Below are positions 23,537 to 35,215 of a stretch of 64,000 bases of DNA, piece after piece. Numbering within the stretch: position 1 is the stretch's first letter; each line of letters begins with the position of its first letter. Location: positions 44,756 to 108,755 of the forward strand of contig NIVC01004010.1 in NCBI GenBank assembly GCA_002269645.1. The letters are read 5' to 3'. Both the position numbers and the translations under genes were made by a program. Under the pieces are notes generated by a model that was given only the letters and a program-made list of their open reading frames with translations, was not told where the DNA came from and made no database searches. The stretch is from Macrostomum lignano. Taxonomy: Eukaryota.

Positions 23537-26500
23537 CTCTCCCCGTTTAAATAAAGAGGCGAAGTGAAGTGGCACGCGCTTTATTTAAAATCAAATGCAG
23601 GTTTAATGCAAATGTCAAATAAAAAGGAACGGAAGTTGAGGCCTAACATAAAATGTTGTTACGTAGTTGCTTGGCTGGGCAGGCCACAGAGTTCTCGCCC
23701 GATACCGCAGGGGCACCAGCCTGCTATCAGAAAGGCGCCTAAGTACCGGTGTGGGCGCCAATCCACTAAACAAAGGCGCTCTTCATTCCTGAGCTAGCTC
23801 CACACCTAGAGTGAGCAGCTGGTGGCTCAAAGGCCGCGACCTGAATAAAATAACTACCGGCCTACAACACCTTTATAGGGGCAACCCCAAAAAGGGGCTG
23901 AGCTGGGCAATTCCATGCAAACCTAGATGCTGGAGAACACCAACATTGCGGCATCAACAAACAACAAAAAGGGGAACTGCGGGCACCGGTCCCTAGGATA
24001 AATAGTGGGCCGGCTAAGGCAGAGTCGAGAGCAAGCATGTCTCCCTTACCGTTTACAGATAGTCCAGTGGAGGGCGAGCCAGGACCGCAGGCAGCTCTGC
24101 CTCGCTGCCACCAAGGTGTCGCATCACGACCAGCGCGGCATGGTGCGCGGCATATGGCCGCAGCGGCGGCTGCAGATCAGAGCTACTCAGGCGAACAGCC
24201 TCTTCCATAATTGTCATGCGCTCAATGATGGTAGTCTGGCGCAGGCTGTTCCAGATAGGGCCCGCGAGCACAGCGGGCACGTGTCCATGGCGGGCCGCGC
24301 TGCCTAACAGATTACTCGCCAGGCAAGAGGCGGCGGTCAGCAGCGCCGCTCGTCTGTCATCACTCATCATCCGGTAGCTCGCTGGTCTGGGTGCCGACAT
24401 GGACCAGTAGTGGCGGGTCCGCCGGCGTGGGCGGCGGGGCGCGGGGCAGCTCGCGGCCCAACGCTTCCCAAGGTCGTCCCACGGGTCGTTCGGCGGGTCT
24501 GGATCTCCGTGGCCGCTACTTGGCAGCGGAACGCCGTCAGCGATCGACATCGGCGACTCCGCCTGCGCATAATGGATCCCTGGCGGCGGCGCGTTCCGCG
24601 GCCCGGTACTCGTGGCCTCGCCAGGATCATGTTGGCGGGCTGCACCCAGGGCTTCTGGTCCCGCTCCTGAAAAAGAATCAGCAATGTGGCGGCGGACCGC
24701 TTGGAGGCCTCGGCTGACCTCCTGCTCCAGTTGGACGTAGGCAAAAGCCGCGGCCAACCGCTGGGCCATGAGTCGGCGAACACTGCTGATCTCCGGCGGG
24801 GAATCAGCCGTTAGATCGATCACTTCAGGGCTTCAGCCCTGACAGTGTCCTGTGATCTGCGGCTTGGCCGGCTCCGCCGCGGCTCCGGCGACGGGGAGTC
24901 GCTTCGCCGGCCGTGCTCCCGTCCGCGTCGAGGCGGGCGCTCGGGATGCTCGCGGCCCTACACTTGGGCCAATTGGCGAGTGGCGAGAGGCCGGCGCGGA
25001 ATGCCCATGACCTCCGGGGAGGACGGGGTGCCCGGCCTTCGGCGGCTCCGACTGGGCCGGCCCTGGTCACTCTCGGATGACGAGCTTGGAGTCGGCTGGT
25101 GCTGTCGCTTGTGCATATCTGCGCTGCAAGGTTTTAATTTGTGCACACGCATGCGGGCAGTGCGACTAACGTACGTTTTGGCCCTAGGATCGCTAATCAG
25201 AAGCCTCTCCGGCGGCCTCCGATCCCTAACTGGCCTACCTACCACTACTGGTATGGGAGACGCTTCCACCTGAGTGGTGCAAGAAGGTGGCGCAGGAGAC
25301 TGCACCGCAGAAAAAGGTTCGGGAAGGGGGACGCATAGACAGGTGAAAAAGAAGCAGCAGGTGCAGACGCATTCAAACCAGGCACACCATCATGGCGATC
25401 ACCATACGGCAGTGGCTCACGCCGAAATGCACTTGCCTGGCTCGCTGGTGTCGTGACCGGTCCACCTCCTGGCCGCACATCCGGGATCGCCAACGGCCGG
25501 AAGTGCCACCGGAAGGCCGGCCATGCGTCATCGTCATCATCATCGTCATCGGGATCGTCCTCCGGGATCGGTGTCAGGGTCGCGGGTCCTGCACCGTCCG
25601 GGGTATCAGTCGACCTGCGGCGCTTCTTGGCCTTGTCGACTTCTGGATCCGAAGTCAGCTGGTAGTCGGCATCAGGTACGAGCAGCAGATTCCGGCGATG
25701 GACTACTAGCTCGTCGCGTCTTGCCCGCGGGTTTGGCACTCTACGGCGAATCTTGTAGACGACCTCGCCCTTGGGTTCGACTACCTCGTACAGCGCTTTG
25801 CGAGGTCGATGGAACTTCGCCGCTTCATCCGGTTCGATCACCGGGTTGTTGAGGAAAACCAGGTCACCGGGTTGGAGCTTCTTGGCGGCGGGCAGGTTCG
25901 AGTAGTGCTCGTCGCGCAGCTGCTGGTGCAGATGCAGGCGGTCTTTGGCCAGTTCGGTTGCTTCGTCCAATCGGCGCTGGAAGTCCTTGACATAGTCAGG
26001 CAGATCGGCATACTCCGGCAGCTTCTTGATCGCGTTGTCGATTGGTAGTCGAAAATCTCGACCAAACACCAGGTAGTGTGGCGTGAAGCCTGTCACCGGG
26101 TGTACACTAGAGCGGAGAGCCATCAGACAGGCTGCAGGCTGGGAGAAAGGTGTCCCAGTCGTTATGGTTGCGCTCGAGGAGGCAGGTGAGGACACTCTTC
26201 AGCTGCTTGTTGAGGTTCTCGACTTGCCCATTTGAAGCTGGATTGTACGGTGTTGTCGTCTTATTCCGGATGCCAAACAGGTTGCAGAACTTCTTGAAAG
26301 CTGAGCCAGTGAAATTGGTTCCTTGATCAGTGTGTATCCAGCATGGTACACCAAAGTCAGGGATCAAGCGCTCCTGCAGGATGTTGATGACCGTCTTGGC
26401 TTTCTGGTTACTCTTCCCAGAACTTCGCACACAGGGAAGCTCTGTACAGGTACTCGGTCTCGTCTTCGGGATTTACTTTCAAGACAGGCGCGGCACTTAC

Positions 26501-27713
26501 TGATAAAGTTCTCGGTGACACGGGCTAGTCCGGGCCTCCAGAATCGTTCACGTAGCCGCTTCAACGTCTTCGTCTGGCCGAGGTGTCCACACAGTGGCGA
26601 ACTGTGGAGCTCCTGGAGCACCTGGGCATCAAGAGACTCAGGCAGGACAACCTTCGGGGACTGCTGGCCGTCGGTCAGGTCGATCATCAGCAGGCCGTTG
26701 TCCTCTAGCAGATTATCATAATATCCGAGCAGGTTCCGCTGCTCCTTCGTCAGCCGCAACCGGGCGTCGAACTCAGGCTTCGGGGCTTTGTTCTCGACCA
26801 AGTTGAGCACGTAGCTGATAGCTCGGTCGGCGCGCTGCGCGTCGACAAACTGCTGCCGCGTCATCGGCAACCTCAGAAAATCGGTGAGCACGGCGCGGCA
26901 TGGCTGAGGGTTCCGGATTTCCTCAGTCTCCGCTTCTGTGGCTCGCAGTTGATCACACGACTCCGTCTTGTCGGCGTCAGGATTAGGTCGCTCCGAGGGA
27001 CTTTGTCTCACAACGTCGGCGTACGATCGCTGATCTCGTTTCGAAGTTCTCATCGTCGCTCTCTTGACAGGAATTTCCGCAGCTGGAGCAGTGCACTTGC
27101 CTCCACTGCACAGCCCAGGCGACTCTTGGCTGTAGGGCGAGACGCAACACGTGAAGCACGCCTCGTCGCAGGCAGCCGTAGCCGTCGGCTCGATCATCGT
27201 CGTCATTGGGTGAGTCTTCTCCAGCACTGGGCGGTGTCGCAAAGGGGGACTCGACTTTCCGCACAGGCGATGAGCAGCTGTCTGTCGGCTCGGGGGACAG
27301 AGCGTTGACCTTGCAGCCGTCGCGAGAGTCTGGCCTCTGTCAACACGGCGAGAACTCTCAGCGCAAAACTCCGGGGAGTTGAACTTACATTGCTGGTCTG
27401 GATTCGCGTTGTGGGCTAGCTGTCATCAGTAGGGCTGCTTGTTCAGTGGCCTCTGAGTCGTAGTCCATGGGCGTCTCCAGGTTCCGAGACCCGCAGTCTT
27501 GGACATCATCAAGGAGGTCTACGTCAGCAGTGGCCTCCGGGGTTTTGTCCGGGCGAATCTCCAAGTAACGGCAGTCGGCGTGGGCGTCGCTGCGGAGGGC
27601 TGAGGTGTCAGTGGCCTCCGGGTTGGTGTCCAAACCGGTCTCCAGGCGAGTGAGGGCGAGGGCGAGGGCAACAGCTGACTAGTGCGGCGCCTAACTAAAC
27701 TAGCGACTCACTA
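23537..27713 (-). mobile_element. Deleted Ty3/Gypsy internal region: RNaseH tail, integrase, extra ORF, 5-prime LTR stub
   Basis: Integrase Zn finger H...GHLG...RFWRP...C..C, core IHTDQGTNF, TTPYNPASNGQVENLN, TGFTPHYLVFGR, LQPGDLVFL; first catalytic Asp region, gag, protease and RT missing; ~60 bp of LTR start at 27655-27713. Confidence 0.88.
24053..24823 (-). CDS. Extra ORF between integrase and PPT of the Gypsy element, unknown function
   Basis: 256-aa GC-rich ORF, probably extendable to ~25305 across one frameshift and one stop; no env-like signal peptide or TM recognised. Confidence 0.45.
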   Translation of the reverse strand: MIDLTADSPPEISSVRRLMAQRLAAAFAYVQLEQEVSRGLQAVRRHIADSFSGAGPEALGAARQHDPGEATSTGPRNAPPPGIHYAQAESPMSIADGVPLPSSGHGDPDPPNDPWDDLGKRWAASCPAPRRPRRRTRHYWSMSAPRPASYRMMSDDRRAALLTAASCLASNLLGSAARHGHVPAVLAGPIWNSLRQTTIIERMTIMEEAVRLSSSDLQPPLRPYAAHHAALVVMRHLGGSEAELPAVLARPPLDYL

Positions 27714-28222
27714 AAAAGATATATATATATATATAGTTGAATAGGCTTAATATTGAAGCAAAAATAGGCCTGAAAAGCATTTTTTGTCTTCTAAATATTT
27801 TGCAATATACTTTATAAAAAAGGTGAATCAATTCACTTTTATAGACAAAGGGCTTATCAACTTGAGTTTATAAAGTAAAGTCCCTAGTTATTCCCTTGGT
27901 TGTTCTTCTCTATCCCAAGTCCAATTTTTGTTGCTCTTTTTTGCCAAACCCAGCATTCCAGTATCACTGTGAATAAAATGACGTATCATTTATATACACA
28001 TAGGTTACTCGGGCTCCACTTTATGAGCTAAGTTGACCAGCCCTTTTTAGGATAAATCATTATGCTATATTAAATTTATATTAGAATTTATATAACACTT
28101 TGACATGGTACTCTTTGCTCTTGTAGCATTGTGACAGTTTTTCACCAATGTATAAGAAAATTGTATAATTTTTATATCATGGCAATTTTCTGGATTAGAT
28201 GCATTCCAGGATTTCCTGGTAT

Positions 28223-28223
28223 A

Positions 28224-28268
<45 letters not shown>
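28223..28268. repeat. (TA)n microsatellite
   Basis: Direct reading. Confidence 0.95.
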
Positions 28269-28271
<3 letters not shown>

Positions 28272-28487
28272 TGTAATCCTGGCTAATGTGTTCATATTTC
28301 TATCCTTGTTGGAAAATCCTAACTAAATTCTTGTCAGTGGGTGACTTTTTGACAAGAAATAATTTTGCTAATAAATTGCATTGTAAAATAAAACAGTGTA
28401 GGTTGAAGTTAGGTTTAAGAGTTCCATATGGGTCCTCTCGCTAGTATTAATGATCTATAAAGTTCTGTACTTGACGATGATTTGCAG

Positions 28488-29072
28488 TCTCCAGCACCAC
28501 TAGGAGGTGGCAGAAGCTGGCAGCAGCTGCTGCACTCTGGCCAGCGGGCCCTGCCGCAGCCGGCCCTGCTGCTGGGCCCAGTGACCCGTGGATTCCAGCG
28601 CGGCCGTCGGCTGGGCTTTCCAACCGCAAATCTGGCATCAGACGCACTGGTGGATGCTGACCGATTGCCCAGCCATGGCGTCTACTGCGGCCGCGCCGTG
28701 CTGCTTGATGAAGCTGCAGCTGAAGCTGGCAGCTTGAGGAGTTATCGATTCACGGGGCCATCCCTGCCAGCCATTCTGAGCTGGGGCTCGAACCCGCAGT
28801 TCGGGCTGGACAAGGCACTGTTTGAGGTGCACATCATCCACTGGCCGGCCAGCCAGCCCGCAGAGTTCTATGGCCGCACCCTGGCCTGCCTGGTGACTCA
28901 CTACTTGCGGGATGAGGCCAGATTTCCCGGCGGCATCGATCAGCTGACCGAAGCAATTCGATTGGACCTGCTAGTTGCTAAGGCGTTGCTAGGGCCACTT
29001 GCTGATGCACAAGATCGACAACTGAAGGATCGGTTAGTCCGTCTGGAGACTGCAGCTGCCAGCAAACTGTGA
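28488..29072 (+). CDS. RFK: Riboflavin kinase (coding exon begins at acceptor tttgcag; no in-frame ATG)
   Basis: GPVTRGFQRGRRLGFPTANL, GVYCG, SWGSNPQF, FEVHII, EFYG, YLRDEARF, AIRLD. Confidence 0.88.
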   Translation, partial: SPAPLGGGRSWQQLLHSGQRALPQPALLLGPVTRGFQRGRRLGFPTANLASDALVDADRLPSHGVYCGRAVLLDEAAAEAGSLRSYRFTGPSLPAILSWGSNPQFGLDKALFEVHIIHWPASQPAEFYGRTLACLVTHYLRDEARFPGGIDQLTEAIRLDLLVAKALLGPLADAQDRQLKDRLVRLETAAASKL

Positions 29073-30342
29073 TTGCAGTGCAGCTAACTGCTTTTTTAGT
29101 CCATCTATGAATGAACTGGAATCGGCACAAACTGTTTTCATGTCAGACGATGCAACAAGTTTCAACAACCTGCAACATACGAATTTCAGAGATTGCTTGT
29201 TTTTCTAGTAAATTAACTATTTCCTATGTTAATTTAGATTATTTGAAACAAGTTTGCTAGTCATTTAAACCCCTAGAATTGTTTTTCCGGATTTTATTTG
29301 TATTGTTACCATAGACAAATCACACCGATGTAGAGTAGAAGTAACCAGGATTGGTCGATGGCAATCCTGATGTCAGATCTCAGGACTAATTGACGTAAAT
29401 AATTCATACTCCACGTTAGGAGATTGGAGAGTTTTAGACAGAGTATAGACCACAGTTTATAGAATCTGTGGTATAGACAGAGTTCGGGATTGAAACTTCA
29501 GCATGTTGCTAAGTGTATATTTAACATCCTAATTGTTACAGAATATGTCTGATTCAATTGGCTCTTCTGCAACCTTCCCCAGTGCTTTTAACTCTGTAGT
29601 CTATGGTAAACTCCTGAAGTACATAACAAATCCCGCAAAAACGTCACTTAATTGTGTATCATTTTTTGGTGCTATTCAATTTATAAAGGCCATGAATCGA
29701 GTCATTTAGAGCCGTTTGAACCAGGTTAAGCTTGACCAGAATTTATCCATTTTGCCTTGAATCATAAAACTGTTCCATCTGGGAACTGCTCTAGACGCAA
29801 CTCAGTGATTCTGCAATCTGCATAGATTCGGATACGACTCTATGGCCCCAGAGTCGCAGACAATAAAACTCCTCTAATTGGCTCTTAGGCGACTCTTTGA
29901 CAACTATTAGCGTATTATTCAATCATTGCTAGCAACTGTATTGCCTACGGTATTACAAAATGTTCATTTTTTGAAGAAAAGAATTCAAACGCGCCCTGAT
30001 TTTTTCATTAGATTATCATGAACTTTTTATTACAAAGGCCACTTTCAATTATGCGATTGGTGTTGGGTTTAAATAGATAGTACCTGTCTTAATGCATTAT
30101 AGAATAATTTTTAGCATTTTCTAGTGCTTTTTACATTCATTAAATAAATTTTTATGAATGATTGAAATATCTGGGACCTTTTTTGCTCTCCTTTGAATAT
30201 ATTGATTTATTGCTTACTTGTTAGCTAGCTAGCTTGATAGTTGATTGAGCAAATAGAGAGCTCTTAAAATTTAGAGCAGCACTTCCTAGTTGATTTGCCG
30301 GCAATTTACCTGGTTATCCTCGTTGTTGCTGCCTTTGCGAGC

Positions 30343-32516
30343 ATGGACTCGGGTGGCAAGGGTTCGACAGCGGAGGAGAGCGGCGATGCTCTGAATCTGG
30401 CCGTTGTCTCGAAGCCCTGCTCAACTGATCAGCCAATCGACCTGTCGAAGCCTTCTCGGTCATCGTCAGGAATGAACTCTGCAGAGACGCAGCCTTCTCG
30501 GTCATCGTCAGGAATGAACTCTGCAGAGACGCAGCCTTCTCGGTCATCGTCAGGAATGAACTCTGCAGAGACGCAGCCTTCTCGGTCATCGTCAGGAATG
30601 AACTCTGCAGAGACGCAGCCTTCTCGGTCATCGTCAGGAATGAACTCTGCAGAGACGCAGCCTTCTCGGTCATCGTCAGGAATGAACTCTGCAGAGACGC
30701 AGCCTTCTCGGTCATCGTCAGGAATGAACTCTGCAGAGACGCAGCCTTCTCGGTCATCGTCAGGAATGAACTCTGCAGAGACGCAGCCTTCTCGGTCATC
30801 GTCAGGAATGAACTCTGCAGAGACGCAGCCTTCTCGGTCATCGTCAGGAATGAACTCTGCAGAGACGCAGCCTTCTCGGTCATCGTCAGGAATGAACTCT
30901 GCAGAGACGCAGCAGCAGCAACAAGAGCAGGACTCATCAGTCGAAGCAGCCGGTAGTCACGAAGTGTCCAGTTCGGCTGAACCTGCCAAGCCGACTGATT
31001 CGACAGACTGCAAAGCGAAGCCGCCATCGACTGCGGCTCAGGAATCGCAGTCTGAGAAGGCTGAGCCGCCGACTGCTTCAGTTGCTGCCGACAAGGCGCC
31101 CATTGTGTGCAAGTTGTGCAAGGTGAACTGCAGCTCGCTGCACAACTACAAAATGCATCTGGACGGCAGGCAGCACCGGAAGGCCGCCGCGTTTGCCGGC
31201 ATTGTTGTCAGGGAGAACGTCAGGCTGACTGCTGAGTCGGATTCCCGTTCTGCTGCTTTGGTTTCATTTGGAGAGGCTGCACCGAAGGCGAAGGTGAGGG
31301 AGCGCTTCGGTGTGGATTGGTGCTACTTGGCATGTTGGTCCTTTTCATATCAGAGGCAGCGGCTGTGTGCACCCTGGCGCACTTGAAGCGACATTGTCAC
31401 GAAACCGGCGAGAGGCATTGCTGCCCATTTCGCCGACTCCCCTGAGCAGGCACACACACATGAGTGTACAGCGGCCCTAACTTTATTTATCTTTAGGCAT
31501 TTAGACTTCGCTGCGCCTTGGGGATTGGCCCTCAGGGGCGTTAATTGCACGAGCAGAGCCAAGCCGAGCTTCCAGTTTAGCCCCAAGTTAATGCGACCGC
31601 ACTTGGATTCGAACCTCTGGCACATCAGAACGCTGCGCTAGACCACTGGACTACGGCCCCTCAATTTGGTCCTTGCAGATAAATAACCCCACCTGTACTT
31701 ATTATTTCTGGGAAAGTCATTATTAATTTTAATATGAAGTTTCAATAAGAAAAAAGTTTAGCTACAGGTGTCATGCCTGTACGTCCATGTAGGTGATTCA
31801 ATTAGTAGTTTGTTGCATGTTGCAGCTTTCACCAAATTATGTCACGGAACAGTCTCAGAAACTGGTTGCCACATGGGACTCTCTGTATAGCTTATCTGGC
31901 TATTAGTAAATTATTACATAGTCTGACAGTTTGAAATAGTAACTTTTCGGGCATTTACAACATTATTAAGATTACCTTGTTGAACTTTAAAAATTGTCAG
32001 CCAGAATCAAGATTATAGCAAGTGGTAGAGGGCACTGCCCCCTTATTAGCCAGAGCTGAAGTATTCAACGCGAACCTTTGTCCGCAGAAAGCCCCGCCGG
32101 ACTTGTCCGCCGCGACCTCATCGACGTCAGCAGGTCCGAGTGCGTTTCACTGCGACGTGTGCAACATCGACGTGACGGGAGCTGAGAACCTCAAAGCGCA
32201 TTACGCGGGCAAGAAGCATCGCAACGCCGTTGCCGGCTTGGAGAAGCAGAAAAATGATCAACAGGATCGGCAGTCTGCAGAGCTGCGGTGCGAGATTTGC
32301 GACCTGAAATTCGCCGGCCCGTGCCCCTATAAGGATCACATGCAGGGCAGGAAGCATGCTGCCAAGCTTCGCGAACTCGATGCGATCCGAGATCTTGAGA
32401 AGCAGGGCTGCTTGCCGAAATCCAGCTTGAGCAGCGGCAAGCGCTCGACGACAGACGATGGCGACGGAACGTCGACCGCATCTGTCAAAAAATGCAAGAT
32501 TGACAAGATTGATTGA
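30343..32516 (+). CDS. Protein with three U1/matrin-type (JAZ-like) C2H2 zinc fingers and an N-terminal 14-aa tandem repeat (exons ~30343-31293, 32088-32516)
   Basis: CKLCKVNC...HLDGRQH, CDVCNID...HYAGKKH, CEICDLK...HMQGRKH; donor aag|gtgagg and acceptor ccgcag both phase 0 (donor choice uncertain). Confidence 0.8.
30449..30912 (+). repeat. Coding 42-bp tandem repeat, 11 identical copies (PSRSSSGMNSAETQ)
   Basis: atgaactct recurs every 42 bp from 30472 to 30892. Confidence 0.95.
31481..31660 (-). mobile_element. tRNA-derived SINE, second family (in the zinc-finger gene intron)
   Basis: Minus strand ggggccgtagtccagtgg (A box), ggttcgaatcc (B box), A-rich tail taaagataaataaag. Confidence 0.65.
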
Positions 32517-34827
32517 AGTTTTTTATGCAACAGTATTCCAAGACTTTTATAAAGCAGTTGCGATGATCGCAGGTACGTACAGGTCTGTAAATTTCATTGC
32601 TTTCAAAATCGCGTATTTGATACGCAGTAGTTTTCTTTCCACCCACTGAAACTTGGTAGTGCAGTAGTTTTTGCAAATTCGTTTGCCTGTTGCTTCAAGC
32701 TACGCCAAGTGTTAACACACATTAATAGATGCTAATAATTTACTCACGAAAGCGAAATCAAAGTTTTTATATAAAATTGTTTAGTATCCGTGTTTAAAAT
32801 TGTTTGTTCAGTTACAAAATTTTCTGTCTGCATGCCGTTTTTGGAGCCTTTTATTAATTTCAGAGATTCAAACCGTACATACACTTTAAAATCGATAACT
32901 GGGTAATGGGCCGTTTTTTCGTTTGTAGCCATTTGTTATGGCATCGACATAACAGCCTAAAACAGTTAAAACAAAAGTTACGAGCTAAGTGCATATTTAT
33001 AAATGCAATACTGAAATGTGTCGGCAGACTTAAGTTATGCAAAGGCTACAGTAAAAAGTTTCTGGGGTATTCAAGTTCTCGGGTGTTTGAAGTCTACCAT
33101 TTTAATTTGTTCGTGCATTTCCTGCACAAAAAACTGACTTTAATAAAAGCTACGTCGTTACGTCGTGACGACCAGGTGTTGGATTGTGTCTGGTGCCAAA
33201 TTTATGGTCGTACTATCTTGTTGCGTATTCACTGCAGTGTGTTTTTCCTACAAGACAGCTGTACAAGTTAGTACTTAACATGCACAACTACATGTAGCTA
33301 GTACAGTTGTACATGTAAAAGGCATGTGCATCGTACATGACATGCGGAAAACCAAAAATTAACGAAATTTAGCCTTTTTTATCAAGAGAAACATGCATAC
33401 AACATAAAAACAACATAACCATAAAACATAGTTGATTTATTTTCAGTGTAAAGCATACGAGTAAAGCAGATACATACATGTGTATAACGATCGATTTCAC
33501 TAAAATCTTCCACTAAAATGTTTTCCGGTAAACTTTTCCCACTGAATGAAACTACGTGTACGTCATTTTTTCTTTTGTTCCCTCCCTGGTGGTTTTGTTT
33601 TACTGCCAGTGTGTATCCGGCTGCCGAATTTTCGTTTATTGCGCTGCTGCCATGCATTTTTATCTGTTCTACAGTAGTGCATGATCCCGCTTCCCGCGTT
33701 TTCCACTTGCTGCATCCACTCCATTTCCTCTCCACTTGGCGGTCCCTGATCTTTTTTCCCCCAGTATACCGGCTATTCCCACCCGGTGGCTCGATCATGA
33801 GAGTCTGAGTCTGCGCTGCCAGTCTTGGCCAGACTCCAGTGGTAACCGTCAGATCTAAAGGATCTCATAAAAATTAAGAGTCCTCGGTTGGTTAGGCCTA
33901 GTTCGAGCTGGCTCTCAGGCACTTTGGATTTCTTCTCCGTGAATTATCATGGTGGTAGCCATTTACTACTATAACCATTAGCGAGTAAGCCGACAAACAC
34001 AAAGTATCTTCAAAATCATGTAATTCCGCATATTCTGGCGTACAACCTGCCTTGCAGTCTGGTGGAAAATGGAATCAACTTGAATAACTAAGCCACAACA
34101 AAAGCTACCTTCCTCTTGAGCTTGAAGAACTCATAAGCTGTAGCTCCCCATTGCTCCCATTTTGTTTGAATCGACTTAGATTTCCTGGAAATTCTAGCAC
34201 TCATTTAAAGGAGGCAAACTTTCGCCACCGATCTCAACAGTCGATAGTTTAAAGCGAATTATTTTATTTGCTTATTTTAATTAAGCTCTTGGTGCTTTAT
34301 CTGATTTCTTGGTTTCAATTTACTGATGCAAATTTTATTTCTTTTATTTAAGCGATATATAGTCCTAACTGTAACTGAGCCTAATTGGTATCTACTATCT
34401 AATATTGTTATTGATTTTGACAGTCATTTTAGAATTTTGAATTAAAAAAAAATTTTTTTTTGATAGGCGTGGACCGCATAAACCCTGCTTTTTACTCATT
34501 AAATTGTCATCATACAGTAGTAACTCAAAACTTCTTTGGAGACGCGAAGCATCTTATAAAACAAATGAAGAGAGCAATATTTTTTCTGTTTCAATCTATG
34601 AATATGATTAGGGCCTAGTTACAAATTTGAAATTTGTAAAATGCATTCATATTGTGAGCAAAAATGTAATTACTAAGCTTTAAACCATTGCAAACTAATT
34701 TGTTTTTTAAGATACCCAATTATTGATATTAGTACATAGTGCATAAGTTTTTTGAGCACAAATCTGTAGTGTAAACTAAACAAATTTAACCATTTTTCTT
34801 GTGCTTTTATGTCTGTGACATAGCTAT

Positions 34828-35215
34828 TAGAGATCGGACGGGATCCCGATCCTGATCCCGAAATCTCAGGATCCCAAGGAAAATTGAATTCCCACAGGAC
34901 CAGAATCCCGACCCTAAAAAACTTGAGATTCGGGAACAGGTCTTTTGATTAATAATTTATAGAATTAGTGATTACTTGAAGGTATTTTGCTTTAACTTGT
35001 ACTCGTTACATTATTTACTTTGTTGGTTACAAAACTTCATATCAATTTCGTTGTGTTTTACTTCTTGATCTTGACAATCTTTTCTCAATTTTGTTTAACT
35101 TTACATGGACAATACACTAAAAGACCTGATCCCAATTCCCAAAATCCCGATCCCAAGAAAAAAATTATTCCCGATCCCGATCCCACCCGAAGATTTCAAT
35201 CCCGTCCAACCTCTA
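34828..35215. mobile_element. hAT-type MITE (388 bp)
   Basis: TIR TAGAG(A/G)T(C/T)GGACGGGAT, 8-bp TSD ATAGCTAT on both sides, subterminal gatccc repeats. Confidence 0.92.
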
